Shown in pieces: positions 18,223 through 27,579 of a DNA stretch of 64,000 nucleotides (positions are counted from its first letter, which is position 1; every line of letters starts with the position of its first letter). Position numbers and translations under genes: made by a program. Below the pieces are notes generated by a model. It worked only from the letters and a program-made list of their open reading frames with translations, was not told the origin of the DNA and searched no databases. This DNA comes from Bdellovibrionales bacterium (GTDB taxonomy: Bacteria > Bdellovibrionota > Bdellovibrionia > Bdellovibrionales > UBA1609), in contig OZ241325.1 in the NCBI GenBank assembly GCA_965200025.1, positions 1,099,150 to 1,163,149 on the forward strand. Direction: 5' to 3'.

Positions 18223-20658
18223 TTAAAAGGGAAAACCCAGGGTAAAATTCATACGGGAGGGGGGTTCCATATCCTTTGCCCGGGGATTGAGGGGAAAGCC
18301 CCACTCCAGGCGAATGGGTCCCATAGGGGTCAGCACCCTTAAACCCAGGCCCCAATTGGACCTCAGGTCCAAAGAGGACCACCTGTCGTAAGCAGAACCT
18401 GTATCAAAAAATAAAACTCCCATAAACTGGTTTTTCCCCAAAAGGGGAATTTGAAGCTCCACATTTATCAAAGCCTCTTTTAAGCCCCCTTCCACACGCC
18501 AGGCCAGAGCCTCCGGGTTTTCGTACCCGTATTGTGTGGCTTTCTCCAACAGAAGCTGAGACCTCTTCCTTGGCCCTATGGAGAAGTAATCAAAACCTCT
18601 TAAAGAGTCTATCCCCCCCAGGCGAAATTTTTCGTCCATGGGGACAAAACTCTGCTTTCCCAGACCGGTGTGGTGTCCATACCTGGTATTTAAGCGAAAC
18701 ACCATACCCCAAAAAAGCTCCTGATAAAAACGCATATTGGCAGTCCATGTGATGTAATTAAATTTGCTGAACAAAGGGCTGTTGTAACGAAGGGAGGACA
18801 ATATGTAAAAACCGGATTTTGGAAACATTCTGTCGTCTCTTCCATCGTATTCCAAAGTGAGTTTTAAGGGGTTTCTGAACCCGCTGGATTTTTGACTCAA
18901 ATCTTTGTCCAAATCATCATAAATTTTTATATACCCCCACCGGGAGGACACTTTTCCACTCCATGTGTCTGAAAACGACCTCCCCAAAATAAAACCAGCA
19001 TCTGTTTTTTGCTCTGAAAAACTTCTAAACCGCAGATCAGGAAACACCCGCTGGCATTCACGAAGCAGCTTTCCCGCTTCCATCTGGTTGTCCAGTTTTT
19101 TAAGGGCTTCCTCGTACTCCTGACAGTGAGCCAGCCCACTGATTCGATCGTAATTCCAATAGTCCACCTGAAAATCAGTGCCAAAAAACCAGGGAGAGTC
19201 CAAAAGGTAAGGTTCTGTAAAACTCAAATTCACATACTGTCTGTTAAAATTCAAATCCCCCATAACAGATATGTTTTGGCCCCGTCCAAACAAGTTCATC
19301 CTCTGCACTTTCAAATGACCGGAAATACCATAAGGCCCCCCCACCTGCACACCCGCTGTAAACATACCCGTCATTTCCCTCTCTTTAACCTCTATCTCCA
19401 TATCCACCACACCATCCCTTTGGGGAATGGTTTTGGTTCCCACTTTAACTTCATCAAAAAAACCCAGCCTTTGTATGTTTTGCCGGGAACGCTCTTTGTC
19501 CCCCTCGTGGTAAAATTCGTTTTCATACACTCTCACCTCTCTTCTTATCACTTTGTCCCGGGTGTGAGAGTTTCCTGTGATGTCAATCCTTCTGATTTTC
19601 ACTTTTTTGCCTTTTTGTATTTCAAAACGCAGGTGTACCAGCCCTTTGCCAGCCACAGCCATACGGGGTATCACATTGCAAAAGGCATAGCCCTCATCTC
19701 CATATCTTTTTTGGATATACTCCATATCCCTGCCCAACTTTCCATAAGAAAGTACCTTCCCCTCCTCACTTTGCAGATGATCGGTTAAAGCCCCCACCAC
19801 CTCCTGCCCATCCAAAAGCACATCAGTATCCCCTGCAAAACTGATCTGTGACACCTCAAAAACATCCCCCTCCTGAATGGGAACATGGATGGAAACATTT
19901 TTTTTGTCCTGGGAGATAAACACCTTTGGCTCCCCCACCTGCACCTGAAAATACCCCCGATCCATATACAAAAATTTTATTCGTTCTCTGTCATGCTCCA
20001 GCACCTTCCGGTTGTAAACCCCCTGTGAGGAGGAAAACAAACCAAACAGGCTTTGCTCTTTGGTCAGCATAAAAGCCTTGATCTCAGAACTTTTAATGGA
20101 CCGGTTACCCTGAAACTCAATTCTTTTCACTATGGTTTTGTTGTTCTCCCTGATTTGAAGAAGAAGATCCACCTTCCCTTTGTCCTTGGGGTTTTTGGCC
20201 TCCACCCGGTAGGATATATCAGCAAGATAGTAACCTTTTTTACTGTACTCCTCTTTTAAATTCTCTATAGCCTGTTTGATTTTCTTATGGTCCAAAAACT
20301 CATACTGGGAAACCAAAAACAATTTATCCATCTCTTTTTTACTGATGTTTTTATTGCCTTTGTAAGAAACTTTTTCCACAATGGGGTTTTCTTTCACTGC
20401 GTAGGTTAAAATAATTTTTTTGGATTTTGTTTTTTTAAAATCCACTTCAATATGGGAAAACCACCCCGTCTCAAAAAGTTTTTTGACATCTTTTCGAACC
20501 TGGTTTAACTGATAGGCCCTGGCAGGGCGGGAGGATATCTTTGCCAAAATTGCCCCCGTTTCAATAATACGATTACCCTTCACCACAATTTTATGAATAC
20601 GGTCGGCATAAGAGGGTATTACCACAGACACCACAAACAAAAGTAAAATTATTTTCAT
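18223..20658 (-). CDS. bamA: Outer membrane protein assembly factor BamA
   Basis: POTRA repeats (GN..T.DKVIRRE), LGGIDSLRGF, TPMGPIRLEWG and terminal Phe. Confidence 0.95.
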   Translation of the reverse strand: MKIILLLFVVSVVIPSYADRIHKIVVKGNRIIETGAILAKISSRPARAYQLNQVRKDVKKLFETGWFSHIEVDFKKTKSKKIILTYAVKENPIVEKVSYKGNKNISKKEMDKLFLVSQYEFLDHKKIKQAIENLKEEYSKKGYYLADISYRVEAKNPKDKGKVDLLLQIRENNKTIVKRIEFQGNRSIKSSEIKAFMLTKEQSLFGLFSSSQGVYNRKVLEHDRERIKFLYMDRGYFQVQVGEPKVFISQDKKNVSIHVPIQEGDVFEVSQISFAGDTDVLLDGQEVVGALTDHLQSEEGKVLSYGKLGRDMEYIQKRYGDEGYAFCNVIPRMAVAGKGLVHLRFEIQKGKKVKIRRIDITGNSHTRDKVIRREVRVYENEFYHEGDKERSRQNIQRLGFFDEVKVGTKTIPQRDGVVDMEIEVKEREMTGMFTAGVQVGGPYGISGHLKVQRMNLFGRGQNISVMGDLNFNRQYVNLSFTEPYLLDSPWFFGTDFQVDYWNYDRISGLAHCQEYEEALKKLDNQMEAGKLLRECQRVFPDLRFRSFSEQKTDAGFILGRSFSDTWSGKVSSRWGYIKIYDDLDKDLSQKSSGFRNPLKLTLEYDGRDDRMFPKSGFYILSSLRYNSPLFSKFNYITWTANMRFYQELFWGMVFRLNTRYGHHTGLGKQSFVPMDEKFRLGGIDSLRGFDYFSIGPRKRSQLLLEKATQYGYENPEALAWRVEGGLKEALINVELQIPLLGKNQFMGVLFFDTGSAYDRWSSLDLRSNWGLGLRVLTPMGPIRLEWGFPLNPRAKDMEPPSRMNFTLGFPF

Positions 20659-20788
20659 AAATTTCAAACCCTGAAAACCTTGTAATTTTCTTTATTTTGA
20701 TTGACCAAAAAGATCACCCCTGCACTTAAGGGTAAGGCTTTATATCAGGGGAGAAGCAGAGATGTCAAATCCCTTTTAAAAAAGGGGT

Positions 20789-21214
20789 TTAAAAGGATTC
20801 CGAAAGGCCGTAACACACAGCAAAGGCCAGGCCTGTAAGAACAACCCCATACCCTCTAAAGTACCATTTTAAAAACGACTCCTTTTTACCATATAAACAA
20901 GTGCAGCACTTTCTTAAAATCTGCGGCCAAAGAACCAAAGCCAAAGATTTTGCAAGAAGAATCCAAACGGCTACAGTAACAATGAGGGAAAAACTTAAAA
21001 ACCAGTCATTATGCACCAAAACCAAGGCCACAGCCCAGGGTAACATCAAAACCCCTGAAACCAAAAAAACCATGTTTTGTGTCTGCTGCTCCTGTGCATA
21101 CAATTTTTTAACCAGGCGAATATAGACAGAGGTCTGACAAATCAAAGACAAACCCCCTATTAAAAAAACCCAGCAAAACACCCTTTCCACCAAAAAAAAC
21201 AAATCGCTTTCCAT
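20789..21214 (-). CDS. Small membrane protein with about 4 TM segments
   Basis: Hydrophobic segments and an LVLVHNDW motif. GGAGGG-type RBS. Confidence 0.75.
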   Translation of the reverse strand: MESDLFFLVERVFCWVFLIGGLSLICQTSVYIRLVKKLYAQEQQTQNMVFLVSGVLMLPWAVALVLVHNDWFLSFSLIVTVAVWILLAKSLALVLWPQILRKCCTCLYGKKESFLKWYFRGYGVVLTGLAFAVCYGLSESF

Positions 21215-21465
21215 AAGACCCTCCCCCTGTAAAAGTTGATAAAGACCATTTTACGACAACACAACATTTTTTTAAAGATGCACCGCATAGCTTTCTTCTG
21301 CCTCATCAAAAACCCATTAATGAGGGGTTTTCCCCCTCAAAAAAGCCCCTTTTTTAAGTTTTTGTGTGGACATGTGAGGATAAAGACCCACCACCACGGA
21401 CACGTCGTGTGTGCCACCAATGGCACCAGCCAGGTCATAACCACCAGCTGAACTCATACCTCTTC

Positions 21466-21539
21466 AAATGCATGTCAAAGGTCCAGTTTTTGTGTTTCCA
21501 AAGAAAAACCCTTGAAAAAAAATGGGGGGGGGGTAAAGT
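21466..21539 (+). promoter_or_regulatory. Poly-G-spacer promoter cassette, copy 2 (G10), with upstream GTCAAAGGTCCAG block
   Basis: TTGAAA(21512)-AAAAAT-G10-TAAAGT. Confidence 0.7.
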
Positions 21540-21613
21540 CAGTTTTAAATCAGATATTTTGGCTGGTTTGATATTAAAAACATTAAATAAAACTTATCTA
21601 ATGGGAGGTTATT

Positions 21614-21886
21614 ATGAAAAACTTTTTTTGCACTATACTATTTATGGGGGTTTTGTGCTTTGGATTTAGCACATATTCTCAAAACCAAAACACTGAATGG
21701 AAAACCTGCTTAGAGACACTTGGTGGCTGGTTTTCCGGGGGTGAGTGTATAGAACACCCAATACAATCCATCATTGGAGTTAAGTATGACGGGAATACAG
21801 TGGATGTAACTCTTGAAATGATTCGTTTCAGGTGTTTAATTAATAACTGGATTGATGGCCGGCATTGTTCAACCAATGATCAGTAA
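21614..21886 (+). CDS. Small secreted Cys-containing protein
   Basis: GGGAGG RBS, signal peptide MKNFF...STYS-Q and four Cys in the mature part. Confidence 0.75.
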   Translation: MKNFFCTILFMGVLCFGFSTYSQNQNTEWKTCLETLGGWFSGGECIEHPIQSIIGVKYDGNTVDVTLEMIRFRCLINNWIDGRHCSTNDQ

Positions 21887-22078
21887 GCAAATTTTACCCA
21901 TTTGACTATGGGGGACCTGTTTGCCCCGGGCAATCCTGTCCGGGGAGTAAAACCATACGTTTTTTTAACAGAGGGGAGGCTCTCAGATTCAAGGCCACCT
22001 GTGACCGGGTCACTGCCCCCGGTTCTTTTTTTGATGGAAAACTGCCAAAAAATCCACAGAAAAATCAGGGGAAAGTGT

Positions 22079-22453
22079 TTAAGCCTTATTTTTAATTAAG
22101 TGATCCATTAACCGATCAAGCTTGGAATCGAGTTTATCTATTTTGGTATTCATGTCATTTTTAAAACCATCAAATCTGGTATTCATATCATTCTTAAAAC
22201 CATCAAATCTGGTATTCATATCATTCTTAATACCATCAAATCTGGTATTCATGTCATTCTTAATACCATCAAATCTGGCATTCATGTCATCCTTAAGATC
22301 ATCAATCTTTTTGTTTGTGTCTGTGACATGATTATTCAGTTTTTCATCTATATACCCAATCTTCCAGCTAACTCTGAGAAGGTAAACCACCAAAAAAACC
22401 ACCCCAATCGGGACAGTCGGTTCAAAAAAGTTTAAAATGGATACCACACTCAT
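22079..22453 (-). CDS. Membrane-anchored coiled-coil protein with 11-aa repeats (Bdr-like architecture)
   Basis: TM segment, then NHVTDTNKKID and (KNDMNTRFDG[IF]) about 4 times. Confidence 0.8.
   Translation of the reverse strand: MSVVSILNFFEPTVPIGVVFLVVYLLRVSWKIGYIDEKLNNHVTDTNKKIDDLKDDMNARFDGIKNDMNTRFDGIKNDMNTRFDGFKNDMNTRFDGFKNDMNTKIDKLDSKLDRLMDHLIKNKA
22145..22296. repeat. 33-bp in-frame tandem repeat (about 4.5 copies)
   Basis: GGTATTCAT[AG]TCATTCTTAA[AT]ACCATCAAATCT units. Confidence 0.9.
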
Positions 22454-22687
22454 AACCCCACTATATCACACCAAAAATCGCCGGGATACCCCTTTTTTAA
22501 GTTTTTTTTGGGCATGATACCAAAGAGGGCTGAAAAACCACCGATTTTGAGAAACACACCACAGATGCACAAAAAAACCTCATTTAAAGCTTGTTAAGAA
22601 GCCCAAAACGATTATGAACACCACCACCCCCCCCCAGCCAGCCATTAGGGCATTATCCAGGTCATAAATAGCAAAAAAATCACATTA
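22451..22687. repeat. About 230-bp intergenic repeat, copy A, including an extended -10 for the coiled-coil gene
   Basis: Aligns by eye with 23554-23785. A partial copy lies at 26121-26168. Confidence 0.85.
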
Positions 22688-23269
22688 TCTGTATGGTTTT
22701 TTGTATGGCTTTTTGTCTGGCTCTGTTCTAATGATCCTAACATTATCAGGATCAGGAAGATTCATTCTTAGTTTCTTTTCTGGTATATCAGTTTGTATAT
22801 AAAGTATCTGAAGAGAATCAAGTCCTGAAAATACTCCATAAGGTATCTTTAAATTGTTACCAAACAATCTAAGCATCCTAAGAGAATGAAGATCCGAAAA
22901 TATCCCGGAAGGTAAAGTACTTAACTTGTTCCTCTCCAAATCAAGCTTTATAAGAGAAGTAAGACCCGAAAATACCCCAACAAGCAACTCTCTTAAGTTG
23001 TTATTATCCAGATCAAGCGTCTCAAGAGAAGTAAGAGCCGAAAAGTCACCCACCTTCAAAGATTCGATACTTCTACCTCTTAAATATAAGGTTTTTATCT
23101 GATCCAAAAGATAATCTGCCAAATTACAGTCTATTCTGGAATCCACATTTTCTTTAAGCTTTTTCACAATCGCATCCCTTACCTGCGAGGTACGACCACA
23201 AACTGGAATAAATATCTCACCATAAGCAAAAAAATTAAAAGAAAAAGCAGCCATTATAAAAAACTTCAT
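22685..23269 (-). CDS. Secreted leucine-rich-repeat protein
   Basis: GGAG RBS, signal peptide, VCGRTSQVRDAIV cap and L..L.L..N.L..LP.G.FS.L repeats. Confidence 0.88.
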   Translation of the reverse strand: MKFFIMAAFSFNFFAYGEIFIPVCGRTSQVRDAIVKKLKENVDSRIDCNLADYLLDQIKTLYLRGRSIESLKVGDFSALTSLETLDLDNNNLRELLVGVFSGLTSLIKLDLERNKLSTLPSGIFSDLHSLRMLRLFGNNLKIPYGVFSGLDSLQILYIQTDIPEKKLRMNLPDPDNVRIIRTEPDKKPYKKPYR

Positions 23270-23328
23270 TTTAAGACTCCTAACCCTTCTTGGTTTTGTG
23301 CCATGCATTAAACCTCTCTTAAAGATGT

Positions 23329-23556
23329 TTAAGACTTTTTTAAAAGCTCTTGAATACTTTCTTTTACTTCCTTTATCTCTTCTTTTATCTCTGATCTGAA
23401 GGCATCAATCTTCTTATTTGTGTCTGTTATATGGTTAGTTAAAAGATGTTCAATGGGAGAAATTTTGGCATCAATCATCCAGGCCATCCCACCTAAAAGC
23501 ATCCCCGTATAAACAACTAAAAAAGTGGCCGCCGACCATAAAGATTTTTTGTCCAT
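23329..23556 (-). CDS. Small TM plus coiled-coil protein, paralog of 22079-22453
   Basis: Shares LTNHITDTNKKID. The ATG at 23556 lies 6 nt after TG-n-TATAAT. Confidence 0.75.
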   Translation of the reverse strand: MDKKSLWSAATFLVVYTGMLLGGMAWMIDAKISPIEHLLTNHITDTNKKIDAFRSEIKEEIKEVKESIQELLKKS

Positions 23557-23785
23557 AGCCCCATTATACCACACTAAAAACCGCCCGGATACCCTTTTTT
23601 TTGGGACATGATACCAAAGAAGGCTGAAAAATCACCGATTTTGAGGCACCACGCCACAGATGCACAAAAAAACCTCATTTAAAGCCTGTTAAGCAGCCCA
23701 AAACGATATTATGACCACACACACACCCCCCACAGCCATTAGGGCATCAGTCAGGTCATAAAACACCAAAAGAATGCAAATTATA
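23554..23785. repeat. About 230-bp intergenic repeat, copy B
   Basis: Shares GATACCAAAGA.GGCTGAAAAA, ACAGATGCACAAAAAAACCTCATTTAAAGC, AGCCATTAGGGCAT and CAGGTCATAAA with copy A. Confidence 0.85.
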
Positions 23786-23918
23786 ATGGCTCTTTAAATA
23801 ACACGTTTAAGGAAAAATAATAACCCCCCTGTAAATTTTACATTGTTGTCACAAAAAACTGCATTAAAAGAAAGCCACCAGGGGGACACATTTCCCCAGT
23901 ATCCAGAGAAGGTGATCC

Positions 23919-24964
23919 TTAACCTGGAAGACACTCAGCCGGTGTGGCTAATTGTTGAGTTGGCTGCGGTGTGGGGGAAGGTGTTTGAGGGGAAGGACTT
24001 GGCCTTCGGGGACACTCTGAACTTGAGCAATACCTTGATCCATTCCAACACGAATAAGCAGGTCTTGTGCAATGCGGGGGATTCCCACAGGACCGGGGGG
24101 ATGTACAAGCTTGAGGTGTTGGTGGAGGTGGGGGAGGAGGCGGCGGGGGTGGGGAATTACACTTGCAGGTGGTGGAATTTTGTCCATAAGCACAGTGTTT
24201 TGCCGGACATTCACAGGGGCAGCCAGACTTTGAAGTGTTGAGGAATGTTTTGACTGTTTCCCCTTGTACAACACATCGGTTTTCGCATTGCCCGGAAGAG
24301 TTAGGTATTGTCCCACTTGGGCAGCGGCAGGCTTTGCCTCTTGGATAGTTAGGGTTACAGGTGAGGACATCCCTCCACACTCTGCCGGAAGGGCAAGCTA
24401 TACACTGAGAGCCGTCCCATTTAGGTTTGTTTGAAGGGCAAGAGCAGTCTGGCCAGGTACCAGCCGTTTTCCCCCCTTCCCCGTCTGCACTACATGTATA
24501 TTTTGTTTTCTTGCATGAATCATCGCAAGACTTTTCAGTGGTGTTGTCTGTCCTGTAACAAGTGTGCTTTGCCTTACAACTCCCTAGCTCACCACATGGT
24601 TTTGGATCTGTACAGTCTTGTTGGGAACAAGCTCCTCTTGTCCAAGATCCACCTGAACCACAACAAGGGCCACCACCAGAGCCACGTCTCTGCTCATAAC
24701 AGTTAAGAGTGTGACCTTGTCTTCCTCCAAAGTTATGTACCTTTATATGGGGTGGAGTTATGATGTTACTTCTCTCCCGGTACTGCAAACAGAAACCTTT
24801 CCATTTACACATCCTATCCCCACGTTTGGGCCATTTCCTGACGGCATATTTAGACTGAAGCTATGAGAGAAGTTTAAAAATAGACTGAAAAAGAAAAGAA
24901 GTGAGAGGGCAATTTCCCCCCCCCCCATTTTTTTTCCTGGAAACCTAAAAAACAAAGTCTTCAT
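23919..24964 (-). pseudogene. Secreted Cys-rich/Pro-rich protein split by an apparent frameshift near 24760-24860
   Basis: The signal-peptide frame from ATG 24964 stops at 24758. The 297-aa Cys-rich body (C.CPS, WDGSQC, poly-Pro) is in the adjacent frame. Confidence 0.6.
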
Positions 24965-25228
24965 ACTTCCCCGCAAAAAAAGGTCGGCCCCAGTAAGGTT
25001 TTTAATCCTTTGAAAGCTTTGTGTCCCGGGGGCTTCCATGGGACCTTATCGGATTAGTCTCAAAAAACTTTAATCCCGGCCACCAGGGGGCTTGTGGGAT
25101 GTTTCAGAGTGAGACACTTTTGGGAACAAACCTGCCTACTTGGTGTGGCCGGCCACTTACTCCCCGGCCACAAAAGGTATCAAAATAGGGGTTATTCTTT
25201 TTTACCTCATGATATTTGTAGCGGACAG

Positions 25229-25825
25229 CTACTCTCTGTCATCATCATCATCAAGGGGATCAAAATCAATAATGGTTGTATGAGGCAGCTCTTCTCTTAG
25301 GCGGCCTTCTTCCCTTATTGACAAAGAATTATCTCCTAGATTAAGCCACCTAAGAGAAGTAAGTCCCGAAAATATTCCAACAGGTAAATTACTTAAATCA
25401 TTATTCTCCAAATAAAGCGAAAAGAGAGAAGTAAGTCCTGAAAAGACCCCCACAGGTAAATTACTTAATTTGTTATTATCCAAATAAAGCTTCCGAAGAG
25501 AAACAAGTCCTGAAAAGATCCCCACAGGTAAATTACTTAATTTGTTATTATCCAAATAAAGCCACCTAAGAGAAGTAAGTCCTGAAAAATCCCCCACCTT
25601 CAGCGATTCAATACCTCTCTCACTTAAAAATAAAACTCTTATCTGATCCAAAAAGTGATCTGCCAAATTGCAGTTTATGTTGGAATCCACATTTCCTTTA
25701 AGCTTTTCCACAATCGCATCTTTTACCTGCGGGGTACGAAGACAAACCGTCGGAAATCGGACGTACGATTCCTGTCCGTAAGCAAACAAATTAAAAGAAA
25801 AAACTGCCATTATAAAAAACTTCAT
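25229..25825 (-). CDS. Secreted leucine-rich-repeat protein (72-bp repeat units), paralog of 22685-23269
   Basis: Same RBS and start (GGAGTCTTAAAATGAAGTTTTTTATAATGGC), VCLRTPQVKDAIV cap and near-identical 24-aa LRRs. Confidence 0.9.
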   Translation of the reverse strand: MKFFIMAVFSFNLFAYGQESYVRFPTVCLRTPQVKDAIVEKLKGNVDSNINCNLADHFLDQIRVLFLSERGIESLKVGDFSGLTSLRWLYLDNNKLSNLPVGIFSGLVSLRKLYLDNNKLSNLPVGVFSGLTSLFSLYLENNDLSNLPVGIFSGLTSLRWLNLGDNSLSIREEGRLREELPHTTIIDFDPLDDDDDRE

Positions 25826-26120
25826 TTTAAGACTCCTGGTTAAAATTAAACATACAGTCTTATCGGTTCAAAGTCCGGGGGAATTGAGACAGCACCAGTA
25901 AAATAAAATCAATGGGCAGGCCCTGATTCAAAGCCTGACAAAGACTTCCTATTGTTTGCATACTCCCTCACTATACCACCCGGAGGCCACCAAAAACAAG
26001 GGTTTTTGAAAAAACCTGCCAAAAAGTGCATCCCCGGAACACGGGAAGACGGTTTATCCAGCCTATTTCATTCTTTGAGAGAAAAATGTAGAAAGTCAAA
26101 AGACTTGTGTCCAGCTCCCA

Positions 26121-26168
26121 TTTAAGTTTTTTTGGGCATGATGCCAAAGAGGGCTGAAAAACACCGAT
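26121..26168. repeat. Partial copy C of the intergenic repeat, abutting the lolD stop
   Basis: TTTAAGTTTTTTTGGGCATGATGCCAAAGAGGGCTGAAAAACACCGAT. Confidence 0.8.
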
Positions 26169-26177
26169 ACAGAGGGA

Positions 26178-26849
26178 TTATTCGCGGAGGTACCCATCTG
26201 TCATATTCAACACTCTGGGAAAATGTTTGGCGAACACAGGATCGTGGCTGGCAACAATTAAAGTGATACCAAAGCGGATACGCAGTTCAGAAAAAATATT
26301 CAAAATATGGGTGGAGTTGTCCGCATCCAGGTTTCCTGTGGGTTCGTCAGCCAAAACAATTTCCGGTTTATTCATTAAGGCCCGGGCTATAGCCACCCTT
26401 TGTTGCTCCCCCCCGCTCAGCTCAGAGGGAAAATGAGTGGATCGGTGAGACAGGCCCACCAGGTCAATCAAATACCTGGCCCTTTTTTGTGATTCTTTAA
26501 AGGGCTGGCCTGCAATTTGGGCTGCCAGCATAATATTTTCCATGGCGTTAAACTCATTAAACAGATAATGAAACTGAAAAATAAAGCCCATTTTTTGACT
26601 TCGAAACTGGCAAAGACGGGCCTCATCCGCCTGGCTTAAATTATCCTTATAGTACCACACCTGCCCTTTGGTGGGGCGATCCAGGGTCCCTACCATATAA
26701 AGAAAAGTGCTTTTGCCAGCCCCTGAACCTCCTGTAATGCACAAAGCCTCCCCTCTTCTCACACTCAGGTTGATGTCTTTTAACACCTCCACCTCTGAGC
26801 TTCCCCTGGAAAAACTTTTATAAAGAGACTTCACATACAGTATGTCCAT
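26178..26849 (-). CDS. lolD: Lipoprotein-releasing ABC transporter ATPase
   Basis: GGSGAGKST, GFIFQFHYL, LSGGEQQRVAIARAL and ADEPTGNLD. Confidence 0.9.
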   Translation of the reverse strand: MDILYVKSLYKSFSRGSSEVEVLKDINLSVRRGEALCITGGSGAGKSTFLYMVGTLDRPTKGQVWYYKDNLSQADEARLCQFRSQKMGFIFQFHYLFNEFNAMENIMLAAQIAGQPFKESQKRARYLIDLVGLSHRSTHFPSELSGGEQQRVAIARALMNKPEIVLADEPTGNLDADNSTHILNIFSELRIRFGITLIVASHDPVFAKHFPRVLNMTDGYLRE

Positions 26850-26942
26850 TGTTTTATTGCCTCTTGACTTTCCCCGGGAATTTCAACAACCAAGCTAAAC
26901 TCATACTCTCTGAAAGGCAAAGTGTCAAAAAGAAAAAAACTC

Positions 26943-26969
26943 TTGACAAAAAATGGGGGGGGTAAAACT
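26943..26969 (+). promoter_or_regulatory. Poly-G-spacer promoter cassette, copy 3 (G8)
   Basis: TTGACA-AAAAAT-G8-TAAAACT. Confidence 0.65.
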
Positions 26970-27034
26970 CTTGATATAAAGTGATACAACTACAAGCTTT
27001 CCCCACAAAAGTGGGATAAAAAAAGGAGTTACCA

Positions 27035-27508
27035 ATGAAAAATTACTTTTATATTTTGTTATTTTTTGGAGTTTTGCCTTTTCAGAGTCTTGCCCGGAAT
27101 GCAGAGATGGAGAACCTTCTGGACGGTATCTGCTATCTTTTTAGCACCCGTATAGGGGATCAGAAACTTGCTCACATGGATCAGTGGGAAATCCGGGCGA
27201 CCTTTTACCCCAACCTTGAGGGCTGGAAATCAAATTTGGAGGATCTTCAGGGGCAGTGCCAGGTGATTTTTAGAAGAGGAATAATGGATCCCGGAAATCC
27301 TTTGCAAACACATGGCATGACTATACATGTTGTAAAGATTTTTACAGACAAAGCAGAGGCTGAAAACATCCATGGACTAAGCACCCCCATACCCGCCATT
27401 GTTTATGATGGAGAAAACTATCGTTTAAAAACAACCACAGACGGGGAAAACCACCCCACTTATTATGTGGCGGCAAAAAATTTGGAGTTCCTTTTTAACA
27501 TCCAGTAA
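27035..27508 (+). CDS. Secreted hypothetical protein inserted antisense between lolC/E and lolD
   Basis: AAGGAG RBS and signal peptide MKNYFYILLFFGVLPFQSLA. Confidence 0.8.
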   Translation: MKNYFYILLFFGVLPFQSLARNAEMENLLDGICYLFSTRIGDQKLAHMDQWEIRATFYPNLEGWKSNLEDLQGQCQVIFRRGIMDPGNPLQTHGMTIHVVKIFTDKAEAENIHGLSTPIPAIVYDGENYRLKTTTDGENHPTYYVAAKNLEFLFNIQ

Positions 27509-27579
27509 TAACAAACATTCCCGTTCTTGTTATTCCGGCTTTCAGGGAAGTATAAAGCCCAAAAAAACGATGGGGAACA

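Noticed and set aside
19126-19788. 220-aa plus-strand ORF, and similar ones such as 17571-18092 and 28936-29454
   Set aside because: They are antisense to bamA, skp or prfB, with no motifs or RBS.
22145-22296. 33-bp repeats as a CRISPR array
   Set aside because: It is an in-frame coding tandem repeat without spacers.
22451-23785. 230-bp repeats as integron attC sites
   Set aside because: I could not find RYYYAAC/GTTRRRY ends with a long internal palindrome, and there is no integrase.
24916-24926. G-tract slippage alone restoring the Cys-rich ORF
   Set aside because: The body frame has a TAG at about 24861, downstream of the tract, so a change in G number cannot join them.
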